A DNA stretch of 39,452 nucleotides from a virus (taxonomy: Duplodnaviria > Caudoviricetes), in IMG/VR virus record IMGVR_UViG_3300025848_000079, positions 1-39,452 of that record. One strand, given 5' to 3'. Each line of letters begins with the position of its first letter. Position 1 is the stretch's first letter. The notes beneath the pieces were generated by a model. It was given only the letters and a program-made list of their open reading frames with translations. It was not told where the DNA came from and searched no databases. Made by a program: the position numbers and the translations under genes. Shown piece after piece: positions 7,947 through 14,819 of this stretch.

Positions 7947-8338
7947 TAGAACGGAACATCGTTGGGGTTTGGTCCCTCCGGGTACTCGACGTCCGTGCCC
8001 GGAATCTTTGCTGGCACCCTTTCAACCGGAGACGCCTCAAGCTTCTGTACGCGGTGTTCGAGTGCGTAGATTCTCGCTTCGAGGAGGTCCGTCTTCGTGG
8101 GGAGAGAGAAGTTCATGAAGTCTCCTTTGCTCTCGACCTTCATCGTAACCTCGTCACCCGCCTTGAGGTTCATGCACGCATCGTCCTGTCTAAAGGACAG
8201 CGTCGACAGCCACTTCTCTCCGTATCGGTCAGTTTGTATGCCCACACGCCACATTTTTTTACCGTTCTTGTCCTTTAGAGGACTACCCGACTTGTCGGTG
8301 TCCTTTATGACCACCCGAGTGATTCTTACTTTTTCCAT
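7946..8338 (-). CDS. Putative ssDNA-binding protein (OB-fold-like, SSB-type acidic tail)
   Basis: Beta-rich N-terminus; ends EGPNPNDVPF, resembling the SSB DDIPF tail; adjacent to an exonuclease gene. Confidence 0.55.
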   Translation of the reverse strand: MEKVRITRVVIKDTDKSGSPLKDKNGKKMWRVGIQTDRYGEKWLSTLSFRQDDACMNLKAGDEVTMKVESKGDFMNFSLPTKTDLLEARIYALEHRVQKLEASPVERVPAKIPGTDVEYPEGPNPNDVPF

Positions 8339-9021
8339 TCTGGTTTAATTATTGCTTTTAATTTTTCTCCGGTCCGATAGAGCGTGAGAGCCGCGAGGAA
8401 GGCGTTGAAGTTCTCCTCAAACCCGTACATGGTCTCTACCCTCATTGTCCCGTCCTTCTTGAGATTGATGATGATTTGACCGTCAATCTGTCCGTACCCC
8501 ATTTCTTGTAATGCGTTCTGGTATGCCGCGGCCTGGTAGAAGTGGGTTTCGTAGATACCGGAGGAGGTCTTGATGTCCCCAATGTACTTCTTCCCGTCAA
8601 TCTCACAGAGGATGTCGCAGGTTCCCGCGTACCAGTATTTCTCTGAATACACCTGCTTCTCACTCTCGATGAACTTGACACGGCTCTCGTCTGCCCACTT
8701 GACAAAGTTCTGAATCTGTTGTGGAACTACGAGCGGTAGGTTGCCGGTCTTTATCCACCCCTCCGCGATTGCGTGTATCTCCGTCCCCGAGGTGCCCGCA
8801 TCCTCCTTCTTCTTCCGATGGGCGAAACGCGCCTTCTCAAGAAGTTCGTCCCACGCCTCACGGTCTTTGTTGGCTCGGATGTACTCGACGGCCATATTCG
8901 CGGCCCACTGGGTAAGTCCGTCGCCCTTGCCCACCGTCTGAAGTATCGTTGTGACGCCGGTGATGGGCTTGCCGTCCAGGAGATACGTGTGCCCGTCTGC
9001 TTTGAAAGTAAGTCTATTCAT
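8326..9021 (-). CDS. PD-(D/E)XK exonuclease (Cas4/YqaJ-like)
   Basis: GVTTIL, GTEIHA, E..VYS...YAGTCD, DIKTS, QAAAY motifs. Confidence 0.88.
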   Translation of the reverse strand: MNRLTFKADGHTYLLDGKPITGVTTILQTVGKGDGLTQWAANMAVEYIRANKDREAWDELLEKARFAHRKKKEDAGTSGTEIHAIAEGWIKTGNLPLVVPQQIQNFVKWADESRVKFIESEKQVYSEKYWYAGTCDILCEIDGKKYIGDIKTSSGIYETHFYQAAAYQNALQEMGYGQIDGQIIINLKKDGTMRVETMYGFEENFNAFLAALTLYRTGEKLKAIIKPEWKK

Positions 9022-9148
9022 CTTTGAGTGCTTTTTCTATCTCATTCATGGCGTGTACCATGTCCAACTGAAACTGCAGGTCTGCTTCCGTCTTTCGGCG
9101 GATGAGGTCCTCTGCAACTCTAATTTTTTCCTTCACTTTTTGCCACAT
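9014..9148 (-). CDS. Small hypothetical protein (44 aa)
   Basis: My translation MWQKVKEKIRVAEDLIRRKTEADLQFQLDMVHAMNEIEKALKDE; overlaps both neighbours. Confidence 0.55.
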   Translation of the reverse strand: MWQKVKEKIRVAEDLIRRKTEADLQFQLDMVHAMNEIEKALKDE

Positions 9149-9287
9149 CGTCTAATAATTTTATGATAAGTTCTTCTGCGCTTTTCAACCACGGAGCGCC
9201 CGGTATCGCGTTCAACCGTGCTCGTTCGACCTGTAACCTACGAGCGGTTGACCTACGCAACCTAACCGTTGAATATGGGTCATCCAT
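9120..9287 (-). CDS. Small DNA-binding protein (ribbon-helix-helix-like)
   Basis: MDDPYSTVRLRRSTARRL...SAEELIIKLLD; TATGCT -10-like box 6 nt upstream. Confidence 0.5.
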   Translation of the reverse strand: MDDPYSTVRLRRSTARRLQVERARLNAIPGAPWLKSAEELIIKLLDDVAKSEGKN

Positions 9288-9424
9288 GAGAACAGCATAC
9301 AAAACATACCGAGGTATGTACATATGCAAATCTGTGGATAAAAAAATAAAAAACACTTCCGTAGAAGTGTCAAGTTTCAAAAATATGAGGAGAAGGGTAG
9401 AGTATTTTTTCTTATGAAACACGT

Positions 9425-9655
9425 GTCATTTTTCCTCCAGCAGAGACGTTCCGTCTTCCGATATCTCTATCGGCTGCCTTATAGTCTGAGAGAGAAGTCA
9501 TTGAATGAGTTAGCGGTGAAAATCCAGTCTCCTACACTCCGTGATGTAGGCTATCACCCCTCCGATGAGTCCCCGCTAGGGACGGAGACTCGTCGGAAGG
9601 GAGAAGTGCCTGACCGCCTTTAGGGTTCGTTTTTGTTTGGACGTGAACCCTAGAT
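9425..9655 (-). ncRNA. Candidate multi-stem non-coding RNA
   Basis: At least six complementary pairs, including a three-way junction with GAGA and GGAA loops (9440-9477); no credible minus-strand ORF. Confidence 0.5.
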
Positions 9656-9659
9656 GTCC

Positions 9660-9938
9660 TTATCTTCGCTCTGTTTGTCCTTCATGTGGTGTAAGAGACC
9701 ACCACCAAAACCCCGAGAAGTTCGGCTTCGAATCACACATTTGGTAGAAGGCTACTAAATCGTTCTTCGAACTAAGCCGCGCCTCTTTCATCCTCCACGC
9801 CACGAAGGAGGCCGAGAGGGGTTTGTATTCTTTCCCCCTCTCAGCGTTTAGCCGGTCAGTAAACATCTGTTCAATGTCCCTCCTTTTGAGAGAAGGATTG
9901 AAGATTGCGTACCTGGCAAGAATGTTTCCGACCTGCAT
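9660..9938 (-). CDS. Hypothetical protein
   Basis: 92 aa, ...FYQMCDSKPNFSGFWWWSL. Confidence 0.65.
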   Translation of the reverse strand: MQVGNILARYAIFNPSLKRRDIEQMFTDRLNAERGKEYKPLSASFVAWRMKEARLSSKNDLVAFYQMCDSKPNFSGFWWWSLTPHEGQTERR

Positions 9939-9945
9939 GGCGCGA

Positions 9946-10119
9946 TTATAACTCCGCTATTTTTGCAAGCAACTCGTCCTTGTGGATAACCTTACTCAAC
10001 TCTGCCTCCAGGTCTTGTTTATATTCATTCCAACACTGTTTGTGGTGGGGGGTTCCCTGCGGAACGGTGAGCCCTGACGTAATTTCCTGGTCGCACAAGT
10101 TACAAAGAGGTGATGACAT
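9946..10119 (-). CDS. Small Zn-finger protein
   Basis: MSSPLCNLC...HHKQCW (CxxC...HxxC); start at internal ATG 10119. Confidence 0.55.
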   Translation of the reverse strand: MSSPLCNLCDQEITSGLTVPQGTPHHKQCWNEYKQDLEAELSKVIHKDELLAKIAEL

Positions 10120-10159
10120 GTTGGGTGAATTGAGTTGAATATTTTCGACTATTATATCA

Positions 10160-10203
10160 TAAAAAAAAAGAAAACACAAAAGCCCCTCGACCGGGGGGCT
10201 TTG
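10160..10203 (-). terminator. Intrinsic terminator
   Basis: AAAGCCCC-tcgaccgg-GGGGCTTT hairpin next to a plus-strand A-run (U-run on minus). Confidence 0.7.
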
Positions 10204-10254
10204 TGCTATCAAGGAGGCTTTCACCTTACAGCGATATTATACACCGATTACTTT

Positions 10255-10683
10255 TCAGATTTTGTCGAGTGGGGATTTGTTGTGGTCAAAAAAATACACC
10301 CTCGCCTCGTTTCTTTCGTACACCGCGTAAACATCGTTTTTCTCGTCTGGTTTGGAAGGGAAAGAAATCTTTCCGGAAGATGGACTCCTGTACCCCGTCC
10401 GAACCTCAACCTCAATGTGGCGACCGTCCTTTATTGCTATGAGGTCGCAAAAACACGCCGGAGAGACCGCCCGAAAAACAGCAAAACCTAGGCGGAGGAG
10501 CTCCGCACACACAAAAAGTTCGGACATCGCACCAACAGACCCACTCGATAAGCCGCCCGACAAAACAGCACGGCCGGAAAGTCGCGCCCTTCGAGCGTTT
10601 GAGCAGGGGTACGAACAACTCAATGCACGCTTGCTGGGGCTCTCAAAACTGGCATTACATGTCTCACAGGTACGTAGGTACAT
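10255..10683 (-). CDS. PD-(D/E)XK homing-type endonuclease with N-terminal Zn finger
   Basis: CETC...CSYPC, then GAMSELFVCAELLRLGFAVF...CDLIAIK...IEVEVRT. Confidence 0.7.
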   Translation of the reverse strand: MYLRTCETCNASFESPSKRALSCSYPCSNARRARLSGRAVLSGGLSSGSVGAMSELFVCAELLRLGFAVFRAVSPACFCDLIAIKDGRHIEVEVRTGYRSPSSGKISFPSKPDEKNDVYAVYERNEARVYFFDHNKSPLDKI

Positions 10684-10751
10684 ATATTGGGTTTGGTGCG
10701 CTACAAGTGCCTTGAATAGGGCTATTCACTATATTATACCACACAATCGGA

Positions 10752-10781
10752 CAAAAGAAAACCGCCTATTCAGCGGTTTTC
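10752..10781 (-). terminator. Intrinsic terminator after the transglycosylase-like gene
   Basis: GAAAACCGC-tgaatag-GCGGTTTTCTTTT on the minus strand. Confidence 0.6.
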
Positions 10782-11179
10782 CCCCAGCAGGGCTCGGACC
10801 AAAACCACGGTCTGAGGCCCTGTGTACTGTAGAGGATGAATCCATATTCTATGTTCCCCTCCAGGGTGTAGATATCTATTCCGAGCCTCCTGGATTCTTC
10901 CAGGTGGTAGCGCTCGTTTATCTGTAGTATTCCAACGTCTTGCGGGTTCACCACACCACGCAGTACGGTTCCGTCTTTGTTGAACTGTCTCAGTCCCGAC
11001 TCACACCGAGCAACCGCGAGAAGTTCTGGCGTCTCGAGTAGTTTCTCGTGCCACGTTTTTACTTCTTCTGGCGGGGTGTTTACGGTCGATGTCGGTGCTG
11101 AAACATACGAGAAGGTCAGTGGGGTTGAAATTGCCATAATTGCGGCAATACCAAGCCCGGCTATTTGATTGAATAACAA
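10766..11179 (-). CDS. Lysozyme-like/lytic transglycosylase (SLT-like) protein with N-terminal signal or anchor
   Basis: VARCESG (catalytic Glu), DVGILQIN, NIEYG..LY..QGLRPW; hydrophobic N-terminus. Confidence 0.8.
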   Translation of the reverse strand: MLFNQIAGLGIAAIMAISTPLTFSYVSAPTSTVNTPPEEVKTWHEKLLETPELLAVARCESGLRQFNKDGTVLRGVVNPQDVGILQINERYHLEESRRLGIDIYTLEGNIEYGFILYSTQGLRPWFWSEPCWGKTAE

Positions 11180-11250
11180 GGTTCTGCATTAGGGTCGTGC
11201 GGAGATTCTCACCGCGGTTATGGTCCGACTAAGACCAGAGGCGGGTTGCC

Positions 11251-11427
11251 TTATAGGAGTGGCTTGACCGTGATGAGTCGAAGGGCAATATCAAGTGCCG
11301 ACTTCGCTACCAAGGTCCAACCGAGTTCCGGGAGCGTTGTGCTGATTGCCACAACGATACCAGAGACGGCCTGTAGGACTGCTACGATGACCGTCTTGCT
11401 TTTTAGGATTTTCGTGATTGTTTCCAT
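11251..11427 (-). CDS. Putative holin (58 aa, two hydrophobic segments)
   Basis: My translation METITKILKSKTVIVAVLQAVSGIVVAISTTLPELGWTLVAKSALDIALRLITVKPLL; KSKT N-terminal motif; upstream of the SLT-like gene; TAGAAT 6 nt upstream. Confidence 0.65.
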   Translation of the reverse strand: METITKILKSKTVIVAVLQAVSGIVVAISTTLPELGWTLVAKSALDIALRLITVKPLL

Positions 11428-11490
11428 CTGATAATTCTAACACACGGACTGTGGGTTGTCAACGTTCTTCTATATATTAGTATACAGGAC

Positions 11491-11516
11491 AAAAAGCCCC
11501 CCGCAAGGGAGGGCTG
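11491..11516 (-). terminator. Intrinsic terminator
   Basis: AGCCC-CCC-gcaa-GGG-a-GGGCT hairpin next to AAAAA (U-run on minus). Confidence 0.65.
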
Positions 11517-11520
11517 TGGA

Positions 11521-11787
11521 TTACTTCGGCCGATGAATCTCGTTGAAGATGATGGTCGACCTGGGAGAGAGCGCCCGGTCTCGGGCGAGCTCCTCTTGGT
11601 ACCTCTGTTTCCAGAGGCGGTTGTGCTCCCGGACCGAGTGGTCGCAGAGCATTAGCTTGTACCGGTCAATCTCGACGGACAGGCGGTGGACAAAATTGTC
11701 CGTGCACCGCTCGTCACAGAACGTGAACCCATGGACATCAACCGGGTCTTCGCACGGTTGGCCGCACTGTTTACATATTCCAATCAT
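11521..11787 (-). CDS. TRASH-like Zn-finger microprotein
   Basis: MIGICKQCG...FTFCDERC (CxxC...FCxxxC). Confidence 0.65.
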   Translation of the reverse strand: MIGICKQCGQPCEDPVDVHGFTFCDERCTDNFVHRLSVEIDRYKLMLCDHSVREHNRLWKQRYQEELARDRALSPRSTIIFNEIHRPK

Positions 11788-11789
11788 AA

Positions 11790-11975
11790 CTACCTCATGT
11801 GTTGGAGTTTCCGTTTGGTGGACTCGATGATGTTTCTGACCCTGGCCCAATCATTGTCGAGCCAGAGTCGAACACTTTCCGCGTACTCAGTCGCGCAGAA
11901 AATGGAACAAAACCGAAGGTTTCCGATGGTGAGCGGTTCCAGAGGAACGCGCTTGTTGCATACCTGACATTTCAT
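11790..11975 (-). CDS. TRASH-like Zn-finger microprotein
   Basis: MKCQVC...RFCSIFC. Confidence 0.65.
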   Translation of the reverse strand: MKCQVCNKRVPLEPLTIGNLRFCSIFCATEYAESVRLWLDNDWARVRNIIESTKRKLQHMR

Positions 11976-12190
11976 AATGTGCTTTTCCAGAGTCTATATA
12001 TAACCCTGTAGTTGTGTTGTGATGTTTTGTGACACGAAACCTGTCCCAAAACCGGGTTGGGTTTCGTCCGGAAGTAGAGGACAAGCGTGTGGCGTGGTCT
12101 CTTGATTGGGATTATGATGCGAGGAACAACAAATCTACGTTTTCTTGGGAAGCTTGTCGTCCAGTTTTTGAGTCTGTTTACGGGAATCAT
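11972..12190 (-). CDS. Basic hypothetical protein
   Basis: MIPVNRLKNW...; ATGA coupling to the downstream gene. Confidence 0.4.
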   Translation of the reverse strand: MIPVNRLKNWTTSFPRKRRFVVPRIIIPIKRPRHTLVLYFRTKPNPVLGQVSCHKTSQHNYRVIYRLWKSTL

Positions 12191-12347
12191 CTTTCCTCCC
12201 GTCCGCGTAGGTGTTGGTGAGCCAGTTTGAACCGCCGTCCGCACAGGCACGGCAACAATAGAACTTGTAGTTCTTGTAGACCGACAGGTGTAGAACAAGG
12301 TTTTTGCCACAACGGGCACACCCGTTCTGTTTGGGGTTTTCGTTCAT
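12135..12347 (-). CDS. TRASH/YHS-like Zn-finger microprotein
   Basis: CARCG...YKFYCCRAC; GTGGTATAAT promoter upstream (12372-12381). Confidence 0.65.
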   Translation of the reverse strand: MNENPKQNGCARCGKNLVLHLSVYKNYKFYCCRACADGGSNWLTNTYADGRKDDSRKQTQKLDDKLPKKT

Positions 12348-12386
12348 ATTGGGTTGTAAAAGAACTAATTCATTATACCACGAAAT

Positions 12387-12740
12387 TCACGAATGTCTAG
12401 TGTTCTGTTTGATGGTTCTGTGCGTAACCCCGGGCTTAGGTCGGTCGTCTATCGCGTTTCCCGTTTCAATGGAGTCAATCAAAATCATCAGCCCCGCACA
12501 GGCGTGTGCAAGGTGGGAGAGGCCGGAGTCGTCGGCTGTGTCCTCCCCGTCGTTCCATGCAAGGAGGTGGCGGAGGGCGGCGGAGATGTAGTTGGATGCC
12601 TGGATTTTCTGGTCACGCCAGTTGTACGGACCGTACTTGTCGGCGCCGTTTCTGAGGGCTGAGGAGACGAGGACGAGGGCTGAACCGGGGACCAGGGAGA
12701 GCGGGGGTTTATTCCTCCCCACCCTGTCCTTCGGATTCAT
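12387..12740 (-). CDS. dATP/dGTP diphosphohydrolase-like protein (DUF5664 family)
   Basis: K.PLSLVP, GADKYGPYNWR, AALRHLLAWNDGED..DDSGLSHLAHA, DDRP motifs; start at MNPKD. Confidence 0.88.
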   Translation of the reverse strand: MNPKDRVGRNKPPLSLVPGSALVLVSSALRNGADKYGPYNWRDQKIQASNYISAALRHLLAWNDGEDTADDSGLSHLAHACAGLMILIDSIETGNAIDDRPKPGVTHRTIKQNTRHS

Positions 12741-12840
12741 TCTCCCACGAGTCGACGTAGCATTTTTCGCAGACATATTTTTTGTCTACCAAGTATACCA
12801 CCCCACACTTCTTATCACAAATTTGACAGGCGTATCGCAT
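12709..12840 (-). CDS. Zn-finger microprotein (43 aa)
   Basis: MRYACQIC...YVCEKC with acidic tail. Confidence 0.6.
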   Translation of the reverse strand: MRYACQICDKKCGVVYLVDKKYVCEKCYVDSWENESEGQGGEE

Positions 12841-12946
12841 ATATAAATAACCGGCCGCCCTAAGGTAGCCGGTTGTTAGAAGCAGTCGCCCGAATGGAGT
12901 GGATTGACGGAAAGCCCGTCGTGCTGTCGGGAGAAGTGCTTCTCGT
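12841..12946 (-). ncRNA. Candidate small RNA or attenuator leader with its own promoter and terminator-like hairpin
   Basis: GTGGTATAAT at 12953-12962; nested stems AGAAGCA/UGCUUCU, CCCGA/UCGGG, GACGG/CCGUC; then AACCGGC..GCCGGUU-AUUUAU. Confidence 0.4.
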
Positions 12947-12977
12947 GCTAGTATTATACCACACCACGGTATTTTGG

Positions 12978-13724
12978 TCAACTGACTGTTACCTCTCGTT
13001 TCTCTCGTTTGCCGGTCGACCAAGCCCCGCAGTCACGGCACTGAAACCTTCGTGCTCGAGCCACCCGGCTAATGTTCCAACCCCGCGCCTGTAAGTGGCC
13101 CCCACCACAGTTGGGACACGCGTCGCGCCTCCCCTCGAGCACGTTGAGATTCGGATGAGTCTCCATCCACGGACGGAGTTTGAGGTACACCTTCTCGAGC
13201 AGGACTACATCCTGCTTGTTGTAGGCGACCATTTTTCGCCACGCCGAAGCATCCCCAGCCATACAACCATACCAGAGGGCGATTCCTCCAGTGTCGATTT
13301 TGCGGCCGAGGCCGAGATAGTTCCCGAGGTCATCGAGTTTATTAGAGTTGAAACGGAAGCGTTTTTTGGCCTCACGTTTGGTGTCGATACTTTTGAACGG
13401 CTTGGGCGGACGAAGCCCGTGCCGGGCGAAGAACGCGTTTGCGACCTTTATGTCAAAGTCGATTCCGTTATGAGCGATAACGGCGTCGGCCTCATCGAAA
13501 AGGTCCCAAAGTTTCTGCACGAGCTGGCGGTCGTTCTCCCGGTCCTTTTTGTAACCGGGGAAGTCTGGAAGGGAGTAGGCATGCACAGCACGCTCTCCGA
13601 GCCATTTGTACGCGAAGCAAAGCAGGTGGTTCTCTTTGACAAAAGAGATGACGTCCTGCTCGTATTTACCCCAGGTATACCCGAGGAGCGGGGTCGTCTC
13701 GATATCAAACAGAAGTATTTTCAT
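12978..13724 (-). CDS. RNase H-like DEDD 3'-5' exonuclease (RNase_H_2/YprB-like) with C-terminal Zn ribbon
   Basis: FDIETT, AHNGIDFD, SIDT, YNKQDV; CPNC...FQCRDC. Confidence 0.9.
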   Translation of the reverse strand: MKILLFDIETTPLLGYTWGKYEQDVISFVKENHLLCFAYKWLGERAVHAYSLPDFPGYKKDRENDRQLVQKLWDLFDEADAVIAHNGIDFDIKVANAFFARHGLRPPKPFKSIDTKREAKKRFRFNSNKLDDLGNYLGLGRKIDTGGIALWYGCMAGDASAWRKMVAYNKQDVVLLEKVYLKLRPWMETHPNLNVLEGRRDACPNCGGGHLQARGWNISRVARARRFQCRDCGAWSTGKREKREVTVS

Positions 13725-13758
13725 CTGAACACATTATACCACAAAAAAACAAAAACGA

Positions 13759-13914
13759 CTATTCATCGTTTGTTTGTTCGTTGTCATATTCGTCGATGTC
13801 AACAGCGCCGTCGGAAGAAATGATTATCTCCTTCTCGACAATCTCTCCGCAGTTGTGACACACAACAGATACCGTGTGGTAGATGCGATTTATGTATGAA
13901 TCCTCCTCATCCAT
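13759..13914 (-). CDS. Small acidic protein (51 aa)
   Basis: My translation MDEEDSYINRIYHTVSVVCHNCGEIVEKEIIISSDGAVDIDEYDNEQTNDE; GTGGTATAAT 8 nt upstream. Confidence 0.6.
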   Translation of the reverse strand: MDEEDSYINRIYHTVSVVCHNCGEIVEKEIIISSDGAVDIDEYDNEQTNDE

Positions 13915-13931
13915 TGAACCGCATTATACCA

Positions 13932-13967
13932 CAAAAAAGACAAAAAGGACACTTGTAATGTCCTTTT
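13932..13967 (-). terminator. Intrinsic terminator ending the late/lysis transcript
   Basis: AAAAGGACA-ttacaag-TGTCCTTTTTGTCTTTTTT on the minus strand. Confidence 0.75.
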
Positions 13968-13992
13968 CTGTTGATAAACTGTGGGTTTTGTT

Positions 13993-14592
13993 TTATTTAC
14001 GGACCAGCGTCTTGGCCATTTCCAGGAGCAGGGGAACCGCCTTTGCAAGTGTGTCCTTGATGCGGTTGAGGATGTCCAATACTTTTACCGCGTCCTCTGC
14101 GTGGTAGCCGTTGAAGTACGGAGCGGGGTCGATGGCGCCGTAGTAGCCGTTGTTCTGTTCGAGGTTGCCCCACGTCCAATCGTTCTCTCCCGGGACCACG
14201 GGCTTGAGGCCGAAGTGTAGGTGTGAACCCGTAGAGATTCCCGTGTTGTCTGCGAGACCGATAATTTCCCCAACCTTGACAGACTGACCGGGTTGCACGA
14301 GGATTCCGTCTTTTCGGAGGTGCCAGTAGATTGTTTTGAAATACGCGGTGACGGATTCATACTCCATCTCGTCGTGGGTTCTGATAACGATTCCCATGCC
14401 GCCGGTACCGTCTTCACCCGCGAAGGTAACAACCCCGTCGTGTGCGGCGCGGACCACCCAGCCGTCTGGGGCGTAGGCGTCAATGCCGTTGTGTCCGGCC
14501 ATACCCATTTCTTTATAGAAATTGTTGTCGTTCTTGCCAAACGCTTGGTTGACCTTCCACGGTTTCGTCGGGTACCAAAGTTCTAGTTTCAT
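13993..14592 (-). CDS. M23 family metallopeptidase (endolysin)
   Basis: HNGID (HxxxD), YWHL, STGSHLHFG (HxH), IDP motifs. Confidence 0.92.
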   Translation of the reverse strand: MKLELWYPTKPWKVNQAFGKNDNNFYKEMGMAGHNGIDAYAPDGWVVRAAHDGVVTFAGEDGTGGMGIVIRTHDEMEYESVTAYFKTIYWHLRKDGILVQPGQSVKVGEIIGLADNTGISTGSHLHFGLKPVVPGENDWTWGNLEQNNGYYGAIDPAPYFNGYHAEDAVKVLDILNRIKDTLAKAVPLLLEMAKTLVRK

Positions 14593-14801
14593 GAAAGAAA
14601 TCTATTGACCGATGTTATGATAATTGGGACCAGCATGATGTTTACCACAATCATACCACCAATCATCATCCACATCCAGCGTTCAAGTTTGGTTACACGG
14701 CCGTTTGTTTTTGTGGTTTGTGCCTCAATTCTCGTGAGGGTTTCTTTGAGTTCAGAGAAGTGTGTGTCGAGTTCTCTTTTGGAGTAGTTATCTTCTGACA
14801 T
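14589..14801 (-). CDS. Holin-like/XhlA-like membrane protein
   Basis: Coiled coil 'TNGRVTKLE' plus one transmembrane segment; ATGA-coupled to the M23 gene. Confidence 0.65.
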   Translation of the reverse strand: MSEDNYSKRELDTHFSELKETLTRIEAQTTKTNGRVTKLERWMWMMIGGMIVVNIMLVPIIITSVNRFLS

Positions 14802-14819
14802 TATATTATAATACCACGA

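Noticed and set aside
11185-11250. tRNA-like element (two short hairpins, T-loop-like GUGAGAAUC) upstream of the SLT-like gene
   Set aside because: No acceptor stem, anticodon arm or TTCRA; I found no convincing tRNA anywhere in the window
12387-12740. 2-aminoadenine (Z) genome pathway suggested by the dATP/dGTP diphosphohydrolase
   Set aside because: No purZ, datZ or phage DNA polymerase seen in the window
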